Source: a virus
Lineage: Duplodnaviria; Caudoviricetes
Reading direction: 5' to 3' (one strand)
Length of the DNA: 49,546 bases
Virus record (IMG/VR): IMGVR_UViG_3300036940_000315
Coordinates: 1-49,546 of that record
The translations under genes and the position numbers were made by a program. The notes under the pieces were generated by a model. It searched no databases and was not told where the DNA came from. It worked only from the letters and a program-made list of their open reading frames with translations. This document shows positions 24,317-34,763 of the stretch, piece after piece. How positions within the stretch are numbered: the stretch's first letter is position 1; the number at the start of each line of letters is the position of its first letter.

Positions 24317-24580
24317 ATGAAATATTATTTAATCCCAGTAGAAGAACATAATTTAAATATCATTTCAGAAAGATGATGTATTGGAGAAGATTCTTATAAT
24401 AAATTTTATACCAAAGGTGCATGAAAAATATATAAAGAATTAAAAGATAAATCTACAGATAAAATAAATTTGTTTTCATATTATGAAGTTAAAAATCAAT
24501 ATGGAAAAAAGATAACATGAAAGTCATTTAATAAATTATTAGAAACAAAAAAAATATTAATAGATAAAGGATGGAGTTAA
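24317..24580 (+). CDS. hypothetical protein (TGA=Trp)
   Basis: ATG-started frame that fills the gap, with 3 TGA. Confidence 0.5.
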
Positions 24581-24582
24581 TA

Positions 24583-24825
24583 ATGCAAACACCAATAAAT
24601 TTAAATAAAACAAATTGGATTCCTAATGGTAAAGTTGTAATAATAGATAATCAAAAAGTACAAAGAGGAGAACTTGTTAATTTAAAAAGAAGATTTGAAA
24701 CTGATATTTGTAAACAAATGAATATAACTAAAAAACAATTACAAAAAAGAAAAAGAAATAATTTGGAATTTAAAGAAGAATATAATAAATTATTAAGCGA
24801 ATTTTATAATAGTTTCAACCAATAA
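24583..24825 (+). CDS. hypothetical protein
   Basis: GGAG RBS before ATG24583. Confidence 0.55.
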   Translation: MQTPINLNKTNWIPNGKVVIIDNQKVQRGELVNLKRRFETDICKQMNITKKQLQKRKRNNLEFKEEYNKLLSEFYNSFNQ

Positions 24826-24841
24826 TAAAAAAGGAAATAAT

Positions 24842-25438
24842 ATGGATATATTATTAGATATAGATGCAGTTTTAAGAAACTTTTTAGTTGGAGTATATAA
24901 AACATTAAAGAAATATTATCCAACAAAAATACCAGATAAACAACCAATAGTAACTGAATGAGATTTTACTAAATTTTATTCTCAAATAAAAAAGGAAGAA
25001 ATTTATAAAATAATATTTGATAAAAAAGCAGAAGAAGTTTATTTACATAATGCTGAACCAATTCAATGAATGATTGATGCTATTAAAGATATTAGAAAAT
25101 TATTAGATAAAAATAATTATATATTTTTAAGAACCCATCAACCAGAAAAAGCAATTATTCCTACAATTCAATTTGTACAAAAATATAAAATTGATAATGA
25201 TGGAATATTTTTTTCAAATATTGATGTACCAAAAAATAAAATTTCTAATTCAATTTTAATTGATGATAAACCAGAAAATATAATTCATCATGGTTTAGAT
25301 AAAAGTATTATAATGAATAGACCCTGGAATCAATCTTTTAATCGAGAAAGATATAGAATTTCAAATAAAGATGAATTATTGAAATCAATAAAAAATATTT
25401 TTTATGAAAAGGAATTTAATCATGCAAGGCGACTTTAA
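24842..25438 (+). CDS. 5'(3')-deoxyribonucleotidase (NT5C-like HAD; TGA=Trp)
   Basis: LLDIDAVL, ILIDDKPEN, RPWNQ. Confidence 0.85.
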
Positions 25439-25661
25439 AACAATAATTAAAAGAACATACCAAAATAATTCAATTCCAATATATTTTGCAGAAGGTTATA
25501 ATAAAACAAATAAAAATTTAATTTCAAAATTATTAAAAGAAGGTTATACAATATATGATCAATATGAAAAAAGTTTTGATGGATTTAATGAAAGAACTTA
25601 TATTATGATTAAACAAAATGAAGATCATAATAATAAGAATATTGAAATTTTGAATGATTAA
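25404..25661 (+). CDS. hypothetical protein
   Basis: ORF in operon context. Confidence 0.5.
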   Translation: MKRNLIMQGDFKTIIKRTYQNNSIPIYFAEGYNKTNKNLISKLLKEGYTIYDQYEKSFDGFNERTYIMIKQNEDHNNKNIEILND

Positions 25662-25676
25662 AAAAGGAGAATATTT

Positions 25677-26063
25677 ATGAAATATGATGTATCAAATACT
25701 TGAAACGGAACAACCTATTGTACTAAAAATAAAGAAAAAAAATTTATAATTGTTAATTACAAAAAAATTGCATTTGGTAAATCAAAATTAACAGTATTTT
25801 TATCTGATAATAAAGGAGTAGTAATAGATTTTAATAATCCAATTAAAGAAATTATTTATCCTAATTATAATAAACAATATTTATATGATTATATTAAAGA
25901 AAATGAATATAAAGAAAAAAAGAAAAGAAGAAAAACAAATTCTAAAAAAAGTAAAGAAAATATTACAAATTTAGATGGAACAGATTATACTAAAATAACA
26001 GAAAATACTAATACTAATAAAGAAATAGAAAAAAATATTGAAAATGAGGAATTAAATGAATAG
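25677..26063 (+). CDS. hypothetical protein (TGA=Trp)
   Basis: AGGAG RBS, one TGA near the N-terminus, stop overlaps the next start. Confidence 0.55.
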
Positions 26064-26706
26064 AAAAAAATATAGTGATTCTGATTTAGTTACATTATGG
26101 GATACTTTTAATTCATTAATTCATAAATATATAAAATCTGATAGAATAAAACAAATTGATATAATGTTAGATGATATTAATGAACAATTAACAATTAGTC
26201 CTGCTTCCACCAGATATCATGGAAATTATGAAGGTGGATTAATTGAACATTTAATTGATACTATTGGTGCTGCTTTATATATAAGAAACTTTTTTGTTAA
26301 AATGGATGTAGATGATAAAAGAATTCCTTCAATTGAATCTTGTATTTTTTGTGCTGCCTTTCACGATTTAGGAAAAATTGGAGATATAGGAAAAGAATAT
26401 TATTTACCAGAAAAAAATGATTGGCAACAAAAAAATAGAAATAAATTTTTTGATGTATCTAAAAAAATGACAAATTTACATCATTCAGATGGAAGTTTAT
26501 TTTTATTATCCAAATATAATATTTCAATAACAAGAGAAGAATGGCAAGCAATTATGACTCATGATGGAGCATATCATCCAAAAAATAGATGTTTTGAATA
26601 TGAAAATAAAGTTGACTTTTTAGCAAAAATTATAAGAGAATCAGATATGTTAGCATATATTTTACAAGATATTAATCAATTTACTGATGAAGAATTAAGA
26701 AATTAA
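26056..26706 (+). CDS. HD-domain phosphohydrolase
   Basis: PASTRYH...GGLIEH, FHDLGKIG, H...S, AIMTHDG, SDM. Confidence 0.9.
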   Translation: MNRKKYSDSDLVTLWDTFNSLIHKYIKSDRIKQIDIMLDDINEQLTISPASTRYHGNYEGGLIEHLIDTIGAALYIRNFFVKMDVDDKRIPSIESCIFCAAFHDLGKIGDIGKEYYLPEKNDWQQKNRNKFFDVSKKMTNLHHSDGSLFLLSKYNISITREEWQAIMTHDGAYHPKNRCFEYENKVDFLAKIIRESDMLAYILQDINQFTDEELRN

Positions 26707-26762
26707 TTAAAAAATTTCTTGTTTTTATGATAAATAATTATTAAATTATAAGGATATTTTAT

Positions 26763-26830
26763 ATGAGTGACAGGCTTAGTATAGTTGTTAAACATAACTA
26801 TAAACGTGGGTTCAATTCCCACCACTCGTA
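26763..26830 (+). ncRNA. D-stem-less tRNA-like RNA resembling the tmRNA tRNA-like domain
   Basis: Acceptor ATGAGTG/CACTCGT, T arm GTGGG-TTCAATT-CCCAC, hairpin TATAGTT/AACTATA, no D stem; just downstream of promoter 26719-26747. Confidence 0.6.
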
Positions 26831-26855
26831 CTAATTAAAAAGAAAGAATAAACCT

Positions 26856-27146
26856 ATGTATTATTGAATAACAACAGTAACAATTTTATCAATTATAATT
26901 ATTTTGTTAATATTAAATATTATTAGAAAAAATTCAATAATTGCAAAAATAAAAGAAGAATATGATAAACAATTTACATTAGTTGAAAACATAGCACATT
27001 ATTATAATCAAATGTTAAATAAAATGTTAACTTTAGATGAAATGAAAGCATATGAAACTAATGATGATTTAGGTATATTTTTTAAGTATGTTAAACAAAG
27101 TTTGTATGACATAAATGATTTATATAATAATGATAGTAGTAAATAA
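26856..27146 (+). CDS. N-terminally membrane-anchored hypothetical protein (TGA=Trp at codon 4)
   Basis: MYY(W)ITTVTILSIIIILLIL.. in frame with track ORF 26904. Confidence 0.6.
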
Positions 27147-27216
27147 AGTTTTTATTTAAAAGAAGTTATAAAATGAAAATTATTATTAATAACAAAAATT
27201 TAAATAAGGACTTTAA

Positions 27217-27939
27217 ATGCCATATTTTGGAAAAAAAGAAGAAGCAGCGGTAAGAGAATATTTAAAAGCAAAAACAAAAATAGAAAAAGATAAAATTTAT
27301 AATGAAAAATTAGAAAAAGCATTTAATATATTAGTTGAAAGTATTATTGGTATTTTTGGAAAAAAATATCATATATTTGATACTGGTTTAGATTTTTATA
27401 CTTTGAAATTAATGGGATTATCATATATTTTTCATAAACTTGATAAATTTGATCCTAATAGAGTTAATGATAAAGGGCAACCAATAAAAGCATATTCATT
27501 TTTTGGCACAATTTTAAGAAATTATTATTTAAAATTAAAACAAGATTTTGATTTAGAAAGACAAAGAAAATTAAATATTCATAATTTAGATTTAATGGAA
27601 AATTTTCAATCTTATTTATCATATGAAGAAGAACATATTCCACATGAAAAAATATTTTTACAAAAAATAATACTTTGATATGAATCCCATTTAGATTCAT
27701 TATTTATAAAAAAAGATGATAAAAAAATTGCGTCTGCAGTAATACAAATAATGAAAAATGTGGATAATATTGAAAATTTTAATAAAAAATATTTGTATAT
27801 TCAAATAAGAGAAATTACAAATATTGAATCTGTTCAAAAAATTACTCCAGTATTAAATAAAATGAAAGTATCATATAAACATCTTAGAAATAATTTTAAT
27901 AATTATGGAGAAGTATTATCTGGTAGTCTTAGTATTTAA
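27217..27939 (+). CDS. phage sigma-factor-like protein (T4 gp55-like region 2; one TGA=Trp)
   Basis: YF..EE..V.EY, KLDKFDP....KAYSFFGTILRNY; joins two in-frame ORFs across TGA27676. Confidence 0.6.
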
Positions 27940-27963
27940 ATTTTAGATTATATATAAATAATA

Positions 27964-27993
27964 AGTCCTATAATAAAATTATAGGACTTTTTT
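27964..27993 (+). terminator. intrinsic terminator
   Basis: AAGTCCTATAAT-aaa-ATTATAGGACTT followed by a T-run, between convergent genes. Confidence 0.8.
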
Positions 27994-28017
27994 GTTTATG
28001 TAAGTAAGTTAGGAGGT

Positions 28018-28220
28018 TTATAAATTATATTTATCTATCATATTTCCATAATATCTATAAAAATCATGCAAACATAAACCAATACTCATAGAAGCATGAA
28101 ATAAAATTAATGCTTCTATTGTATTTGTATCATTTAATTTTAATCTTTTATTTTCAACTATAGATTTTAATTTTTTCAATTCTTTATACTCTTCAATTTT
28201 ATTTTTAATTATACTATTCA
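28018..28220 (-). CDS. hypothetical protein
   Basis: ATG just after the upstream stop (MNSIIKNK...). Confidence 0.5.
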
Positions 28221-28222
28221 TT

Positions 28223-28477
28223 TTACATTTCTTCATAAAAATTAAAATTCGGGAGAATATCAAAAATAACCTTTTTGATTCTCCAATTTTGATCAAAGAA
28301 ATTAATTTCCCCTACATGATAGTTATATATAGCGGGCAAAATAATACAACTTGATCCAAACCAAAAGTAGTCATTCCCATGAATACCAGTCTGTACTTTG
28401 TCGGCCATACTGGCAATCAAATTTTCATTTTGATTGAATTTTTTTGTTTCATCCTGTGTTAATTTTCTTACTTTCAT
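28223..28477 (-). CDS. hypothetical protein
   Basis: AGGAG RBS and sigma70-like promoter 28511-28539. Confidence 0.65.
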   Translation of the reverse strand: MKVRKLTQDETKKFNQNENLIASMADKVQTGIHGNDYFWFGSSCIILPAIYNYHVGEINFFDQNWRIKKVIFDILPNFNFYEEM

Positions 28478-28632
28478 TTTTTCTCCTTTGTTTTCTTTAT
28501 TTACATTATAAATATAATAAATAAAATTGTTATATCCAATAATTTTTTAATAAAAATTTCAAAAAAAATATTTTACAATAAAACTTTTTATTTAAATATT
28601 TATTAATGAAATAACTTTATTGGAGTAAACAA

Positions 28633-29232
28633 ATGATATTAAATCAAGCCCAAAGATTAGGAGTTAAAACTGGAGATCAATTAGTATTTGAAGCAAAAGA
28701 TATTGTAGGACATTCTATTGGTTTTTTTACAAATTCTAAATATAGTCATGTTGGAACTATAATTGTAATTGGAGGATTTGTTTTTGTTTTAGAGGCAGTA
28801 CAAAATAATAAAGGAGGAGTAAGATTAATTTCTTTATGAGATTGTGTGGAAAATAGAAAAGTTTGATTATTAAAATTAAAAACTCCTTTATTAAAAGAAC
28901 AACAATTGTTAAATGATTTAGATAAAATTACAGATAAAAAATATGCAAAGAAAAAAAATTTTTTAAAACATATTTTAATAAATGATAGAAAATATTCTAA
29001 AATTATTAAAAAAATATTTCCTTCGATTTCTATTAAAGAAAAATTAAATGAACATATTTGTTCTGGATTAAGTACATTTATTTATGAAAAATATCATACA
29101 TTAAAAGAAATAAATTATGCTACTGTTGTTCCCGATGATTATGTTTTTAATCCAGATAAAAAATTAGATAATAATAGAAAATTAATTCAAAATTTATTTC
29201 AAAAAGAAATAATAAAATTAAAAGGAATTTAA
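28633..29232 (+). CDS. permuted papain-like amidase (YaeF/YiiX-like; TGA=Trp)
   Basis: KTGD.L, S.YSHVG, EA, ICSGL, P.D; late motif at 28595-28610. Confidence 0.75.
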
Positions 29233-29233
29233 A

Positions 29234-29677
29234 ATGGAAGAAAATGAAAAAATTAAAATATTAGATAATCCTATTTTTAAAGATAAAAAAGTAAATGATT
29301 TATTACAAGAAATATATACATCAATAAAAGATGAACATGATGATATAAAAGATTTAATGAAAGATATTACTGATTTAATTGATAAAGATACTGATGAAGG
29401 TATGCTTGGATTTATTGGACCAGTATTAAAAGATTTATTAGATGTATCAGTAAAAAATAATGAACAATATATAAAATTAGCAGGTACAATACAAAGATTT
29501 TTATCATTAGATTATAAAAATGCTCAAAATAAAGGAACTTCTATAAATGATGAAGATTTTATTAGTTTAACAGAAGAAGAAAAAAATCAATTAAAAGATA
29601 TAAAAAAAGCAAATCAATTAATAGATTTAAAAAGAAATGAAATTAAAAATAATTTATCTTTATTAAAAGCAGAATAA
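29234..29677 (+). CDS. hypothetical protein (structural-module context)
   Basis: 147-aa helical ORF upstream of the baseplate genes. Confidence 0.65.
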   Translation: MEENEKIKILDNPIFKDKKVNDLLQEIYTSIKDEHDDIKDLMKDITDLIDKDTDEGMLGFIGPVLKDLLDVSVKNNEQYIKLAGTIQRFLSLDYKNAQNKGTSINDEDFISLTEEEKNQLKDIKKANQLIDLKRNEIKNNLSLLKAE

Positions 29678-29679
29678 AA

Positions 29680-29862
29680 ATGATTGAACAAGATAAAAAA
29701 ATATTAGAAAATAGATTAAATAATTTAATTAATGAATATCAAACAGAAGTTAAAAATCTTAATGATTTACAATGAAAAATTTTAAGAAAAAGAAATGAAA
29801 TTGAAACTATATGTAAAAAATTAGGATTAGAAATACAAGAAAATGAAAATAACAAACAATAA
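29680..29862 (+). CDS. short coiled-coil protein (TGA=Trp)
   Basis: Tiles the gap with one TGA. Confidence 0.45.
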
Positions 29863-30907
29863 AAATTTTTATACTAATGCTAATGAATTTTTTAATAATT
29901 TAGAAAATTCAAATTTAACTAATTTACAATATTTTAATGCTAAAGTTATTAAATCTATAAAAGATAAATTACCAGGCACTATTGAATTCAGAATGTTAAA
30001 TCAAGATAATTCTTCTATTTTAAATAATGAAAATTTATTTGTTGCATATCCATTAAATCCAAATAATTATACTATACCAGTTCCTAATCAAATTATAAAA
30101 TTAATTGAAATACAAGGAATATATTATTATTTTGGTATAAATCAAATAACAGCAAATGAAAATGGAGATTTTGTTTTTGATTATGCAAATAATGATCAAT
30201 TAGGAACAAATAATAAAATTAATAGTGATGATTATAAACAAATTTTTTCGGGTAATAAATCTCCTAATCAACAAGGTAATTATGATTTAGAAGATTTTAT
30301 TAAAAAAGAAAATAAAATTCCTCCTATTAAAGAAAAAGTTGGAGATACTATTTTAAAAGGCATGCAAAATAATAATATAATTTTAAGTTATGATAAGAAT
30401 GGTAACCCTTTTATTTCTTTTGTAATAAATCGAGAAGATGAAAATTTTAATGAAAATTCAAATAATATTAGTATTTATAGTAATCTTGATATTGATAGTA
30501 ATTTTAATTATGCTGCTGATAAAAAAACTAATATTCCTAATAATGAAAAAAAAGGAACTTTAGGCTTAATTAATCTTGATAAACTTCGAATAAATGCTAA
30601 AAATGGGTCTATTATATTATCAGCCAACAATAGTTTTACCGTTACAACTAATAACAATGTGAACATTGATAATAAAACCAAGGTAAATATTAATTCACCA
30701 GAAATATACTTAGGTGAAAATGCAAAAGAACCTTTAGTATTAGGAAATGAATTAACATCATTATTAGAAAAATTAATTGATGAAATTAATAAATTAACAG
30801 TTTTAACTCCACAAGGACCAAGTTCTACTCCAGTTAATAAACCACAATTTTCAATTATAAAACAAAAGATTAAAAAAATATTAAGCAGACAAAATAAAAC
30901 AAAATAG
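29843..30907 (+). CDS. baseplate spike/hub-like protein
   Basis: N-terminal OB-like region (AYPL...P), beta-rich repeats, C-terminal IYLG..AKEPLVLG..L..LL...TPQGPS; next to gp25. Confidence 0.65.
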   Translation: MKITNNKNFYTNANEFFNNLENSNLTNLQYFNAKVIKSIKDKLPGTIEFRMLNQDNSSILNNENLFVAYPLNPNNYTIPVPNQIIKLIEIQGIYYYFGINQITANENGDFVFDYANNDQLGTNNKINSDDYKQIFSGNKSPNQQGNYDLEDFIKKENKIPPIKEKVGDTILKGMQNNNIILSYDKNGNPFISFVINREDENFNENSNNISIYSNLDIDSNFNYAADKKTNIPNNEKKGTLGLINLDKLRINAKNGSIILSANNSFTVTTNNNVNIDNKTKVNINSPEIYLGENAKEPLVLGNELTSLLEKLIDEINKLTVLTPQGPSSTPVNKPQFSIIKQKIKKILSRQNKTK

Positions 30908-30918
30908 AGGATAAAATA

Positions 30919-31311
30919 ATGAATCAAGAACAATTAAATATCATAGCAAAGTTAATAAAAAAATCTGTTTTAAAAGAAGTTAAAAAACAAATGAAAAAAG
31001 AAATTAGAGAAGAAATAAAATATGCTTTATCATTATTAAATGAAAATACTGGATTTAATAATATTAATAATACTACTTCTTCATCTAATCAAAATAATGA
31101 AAATAATAAATTAGATGAAAATACTAAAAGTAAATTAAGACAAAAATATATAAACGAATTAAATTTTAATGGTTCAAATAATATTCCAAATAATAATGTA
31201 ACAATACAAGGACATAAAAATTCAATTGATCCAAATTCCGAACAAGGTAAACATTTAGTAGAAATACAACAAAAAGATTATAGTGCATTAATGAAAGCGA
31301 TGAATAAATAA
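30919..31311 (+). CDS. hypothetical protein
   Basis: ORF ending KDYSALMKAM within the baseplate cluster. Confidence 0.65.
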   Translation: MNQEQLNIIAKLIKKSVLKEVKKQMKKEIREEIKYALSLLNENTGFNNINNTTSSSNQNNENNKLDENTKSKLRQKYINELNFNGSNNIPNNNVTIQGHKNSIDPNSEQGKHLVEIQQKDYSALMKAMNK

Positions 31312-31559
31312 TGTTAAATAAAAATAAATTAAAAAAATTATTTAAAACATATTTTACTGAATTTAGAAAAAATCCAGATAAAGCCGCTGCAGATATGGCT
31401 GATATAATTGATGATTATATAAAAGAAGCAATTGTTAAAAGCGAAGGAACTGTTGTTATTCCCACAGGCTTAATAAATGTAATTGGTTCTGCTGGAAGTT
31501 CAACAAATGTTCAACCAATTATTATAAAAAATATTAAAAATACAGGAAAATTACATTAA
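31311..31559 (+). CDS. hypothetical structural protein
   Basis: MADIIDDYIK.A.V; baseplate context. Confidence 0.55.
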   Translation: MLNKNKLKKLFKTYFTEFRKNPDKAAADMADIIDDYIKEAIVKSEGTVVIPTGLINVIGSAGSSTNVQPIIIKNIKNTGKLH

Positions 31560-31560
31560 A

Positions 31561-32001
31561 ATGCCAATTAGAAAACATTATACTGGAAGTTTAGATAATA
31601 ATATACTAAATCAAAAAGAACTTAGAGAACAAGGTATAAGTATTGAATATCCTTTTGGAAAATCAAATAAACCATTTTCATATACATATAATACATTAGA
31701 AACAGCAAAAAGTAAAATAAAAATGTTATTTGATTCTAAAAAAGGTGAAAGATTGATGAATCCAGAAGTAGGAATGGCTTTAGATAAATATCAATTTGAA
31801 CCTATTAATGAAGCAACTAAATTAGCAATAAAAAAAGAAATATCTGATAATATAAAAAAATATGTTCCTGAAGTTTTTATTATTAAAATGAATATTGATA
31901 TAAATGATAATAATAAAGATAGAAATATTATTTCAGTTAGTATTCAATTTAGTTTAAAAAATGAAGTAAATATTTCTGATAATATTAATTTAGAAATTTA
32001 G
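31561..32001 (+). CDS. baseplate wedge protein, GPW/gp25 family
   Basis: GISIEYPF, KKGERLMNPEVG..L..YQFE, I..YVP.V. Confidence 0.9.
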   Translation: MPIRKHYTGSLDNNILNQKELREQGISIEYPFGKSNKPFSYTYNTLETAKSKIKMLFDSKKGERLMNPEVGMALDKYQFEPINEATKLAIKKEISDNIKKYVPEVFIIKMNIDINDNNKDRNIISVSIQFSLKNEVNISDNINLEI

Positions 32002-32061
32002 ATTATTTATTATTTACTTATTTTTTATTACTTACATAATTATTAATCATGTTTGTTCAAT

Positions 32062-32370
32062 TTAATCGGCAAATTTCCATATATTTCCTTCCCATTCATT
32101 TTTATTATTTAGTGTATATACTACTCCATTATCGCCAAGTCCTAATATCCTGCCCTGTCATGTTTCGTTATTTTCAGTTACAATTATTTGCACTATCTTA
32201 GGTTGCCGTTGAATATTTGATGGAGACGAACTGCTTATTCTTTTTAGCAATATATCATACCACTCTTTTTCATAGTTTTTACTTTTACTATTGCACAATT
32301 CGTACAGGGCTTCTTCAATACTCCCATCTTTATGTGGGTATAAAAAACTTACTTTTTCATCATCATACAT
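32062..32370 (-). CDS. cassette-junction-spanning hypothetical protein (one TGA=Trp)
   Basis: GAGG RBS; reads through a half-site (SSSSPSNIQRQ); continues WQGRILGLGDNG.. past the TGA. Confidence 0.6.
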
Positions 32371-32429
32371 TTTTTACCTCTACTTTCTGAGCGCAGTCGC
32401 TCACGCAGCCATTATATCGTGGTTCATCT

Positions 32430-32657
32430 CTATTTTATCCATTCTTCTTTTTCTGCACATTTTGGACATATCCATACACCATCTTCATCTGGAGGGCAAT
32501 ATTTTATGTGATTTGTATAATGCCATCCTTCTGACTGTGCGTGTGCGTATGAAAAATATATTTCAACGTTCTCGTCTTCTTTTTTTATACAGTCTCGGCA
32601 CGAACACTGTATCGTTTCTTTGTGGTTAGAAAAATTTATTATTGCTATTTTTTTCAT
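32430..32657 (-). CDS. Cys-rich cassette protein
   Basis: GAGG RBS before MKKIAII; CSCRDC ... CPKC. Confidence 0.65.
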   Translation of the reverse strand: MKKIAIINFSNHKETIQCSCRDCIKKEDENVEIYFSYAHAQSEGWHYTNHIKYCPPDEDGVWICPKCAEKEEWIK

Positions 32658-32741
32658 TTTACAAATCCTCTTTATTTCTGTTTTAACGTCAAAAACGATA
32701 TAATAACTGGATGGAGTCAGAACGGCTACAGCCATTGCTTT

Positions 32742-32929
32742 TTACCACCGATTTGTATTTTTACAGTTATTTATTGCTTCTTTTAGATCATCTGCTACTG
32801 CGGTACACTGTTTTCCATCTATTTCTATTACCACCATTTTTTCATCGTTCCAGTGATTATGTACTCTCATATTTGTTTTTTTTTTTTCGGATTATCATAG
32901 TTTGTTACTTCACATGTTATTTTTATCAT
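32742..32929 (-). pseudogene. small protein frameshifted at an A12 tract
   Basis: MIKITCEVTNYDNPK.. then, in a shifted frame, NMRVHNHWNDEKMVVIEIDG...NTNRW*. Confidence 0.6.
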
Positions 32930-33024
32930 TTTTATTCCTTTCGTGGTTATTTACCGCCGTCGCTCATCCTTGTTCATTAGCCGAACACCCTGACGCATTC
33001 TCATGCGTCAGTGTTTTGCTCCGG

Positions 33025-34020
33025 CTACGCAGACGTCCTGTCTGCTTGGTTTATTTGTTTATACTTGTTGTTATAATCAATACATACGTCAAGGCAATTT
33101 TTTCTACATATTGGGTCTTTATATGTATTTAGTTTTTCAAGATATTTTTTTCTTTCTTCCCTCATATTTTCAGATACTACTCCAATAGGCTTACATCCCT
33201 CTCGCATTTTAATTACACATGGATAATGATATTTTCCTTTAATTATAGTATCGTCTATCATTAACCCGCATTTGTGACTATCCATCTTTGTTATTCCACG
33301 TACATTCCTTCCAATTTTGAAATTATTTATTCTATACTTTAAAATTGGATGTTTATTTAATATTTTTTTATCAATATTTAGGTTTTTAAAAATTGAAAAA
33401 TCATTCCATTGTGCTGCTGAAATTATACGTATATCAGAAACACCAAGATTGCTTGCAAACAATATAGAATCTTTCATTTCACTTGAATTTTGCTTGTCGA
33501 AAACCATTCCTACCGTTACATAAGTTAATTTTGACAATTCCCTTATATTAGACACAACCTTTTCCCAAGAACCAATTACGCCTCCAGACATCATATCCCC
33601 AATGGAAGAGCAGCAAGCATCAAGTGAAATTGAATAATCATTAACGCCAAGTTTAATCAAATCTTTGTATAATCCAATATCCGAATAACCATTGGTTGAT
33701 ATTGCAATATGTTCAATTTCAGAACAAACTTCTTTTGTGTATCTGATGATTTCTTTTATTCCTTTATGTACAGTTGGCTCGCCACCAGAAAACCTTACAT
33801 TTTTCACATTTTGTAAAGCCCAAACATCAATAGACTTCTTTACTTCATTTAAAGGCATATCGCCTTTTTTACCATCAATATCAGTTCCCCTGCAATATGG
33901 GCAATTAAAATTACATCTTGAAGTAATAATCATTTCGTTGCGCCATAGCGGTGAGTTTACACATGCGTTTTTTGCCCTAAAATCTTCTAATGTGTAAAAT
34001 CCTATATCTTCCAATTTCAT
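33025..34020 (-). CDS. radical SAM protein (MoaA-like fold)
   Basis: CNFNCPYC, FSGGEPT, ISTNG, SISLD, C-terminal Cys cluster. Confidence 0.9.
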   Translation of the reverse strand: MKLEDIGFYTLEDFRAKNACVNSPLWRNEMIITSRCNFNCPYCRGTDIDGKKGDMPLNEVKKSIDVWALQNVKNVRFSGGEPTVHKGIKEIIRYTKEVCSEIEHIAISTNGYSDIGLYKDLIKLGVNDYSISLDACCSSIGDMMSGGVIGSWEKVVSNIRELSKLTYVTVGMVFDKQNSSEMKDSILFASNLGVSDIRIISAAQWNDFSIFKNLNIDKKILNKHPILKYRINNFKIGRNVRGITKMDSHKCGLMIDDTIIKGKYHYPCVIKMREGCKPIGVVSENMREERKKYLEKLNTYKDPICRKNCLDVCIDYNNKYKQINQADRTSA

Positions 34021-34110
34021 TTTTTTCTCCTCTTCTGATTATTTATTCATCACATTTTCAACTGTTTGCGCGCCTGCTAATAATCACATGGAGACGAACA
34101 CGCACCGTCA

Positions 34111-34326
34111 TTATCTGGACTCGCTTTGGTTTAATATTAGATTTTTAGATATGATTAATTCTTGTCCACAATCACACTTAAATCGTGTTATATTGTTTGA
34201 TTTTGACAAGGTGTTTTTCCAGGTCGTTTTACAATTTGGACATTGAAACTCACTCATATACCACACACTTACATTTTTATGCCATTTTACTATAGTTGAT
34301 TTTGCTCTTTTTGTTGGTTTCCTCAT
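34111..34326 (-). CDS. zinc-ribbon cassette protein
   Basis: AGGAG RBS before MRKPTK; CPNC ... CDCG. Confidence 0.65.
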   Translation of the reverse strand: MRKPTKRAKSTIVKWHKNVSVWYMSEFQCPNCKTTWKNTLSKSNNITRFKCDCGQELIISKNLILNQSESR

Positions 34327-34410
34327 AGTTTTCTCCTTTATTACTGGCTCGCCAAAGATAATAACTGTCTGCACCGCTAACGAGAGTACTCGTACGGTGA
34401 GACCTGTTCA

Positions 34411-34626
34411 TTATATGGATGGCTTATTATATTTTCTAAACATCCATACTGCGTATGATGGTTGTACATCATACTCCAAGTCACCCTTATCGCCTATTTT
34501 TACATTTTTTGGTTTAGCCCACCCACAAAGCAACTCACTCTCTGTTATACCTTCACCATGTTTTACCCTTACGAAATAATCTGTTATTTCAGTTACTTCA
34601 CAATTGTGTCTTACTTTTTTTATCAT
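34411..34626 (-). CDS. small OB-like cassette protein
   Basis: AGGAG RBS; stop lies in the TAATGA half-site. Confidence 0.6.
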   Translation of the reverse strand: MIKKVRHNCEVTEITDYFVRVKHGEGITESELLCGWAKPKNVKIGDKGDLEYDVQPSYAVWMFRKYNKPSI

Positions 34627-34763
34627 ATTTTGCTCCTACGTTTGACGCCACCCTACAATCTCACATGGATCGAACCGCTAAAGCGGTTCTTTTTTGCGAG
34701 TTGTGGCAAATTTTGTTGTTTTTTCATCTTTATTATTCTTTCAGCGGTCGCTCATGCTTGTCA

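Noticed and set aside
26763-26830. Opal suppressor tRNA explaining the recoding
   Set aside because: No TCA anticodon and no D stem.
2250-30933. Scattered minus-strand ORFs (2250, 3856, 7126, 14279, 14834, 16282, 27464, 30508)
   Set aside because: F/I/L-rich antisense shadows of AT-rich plus-strand genes, without RBSs.
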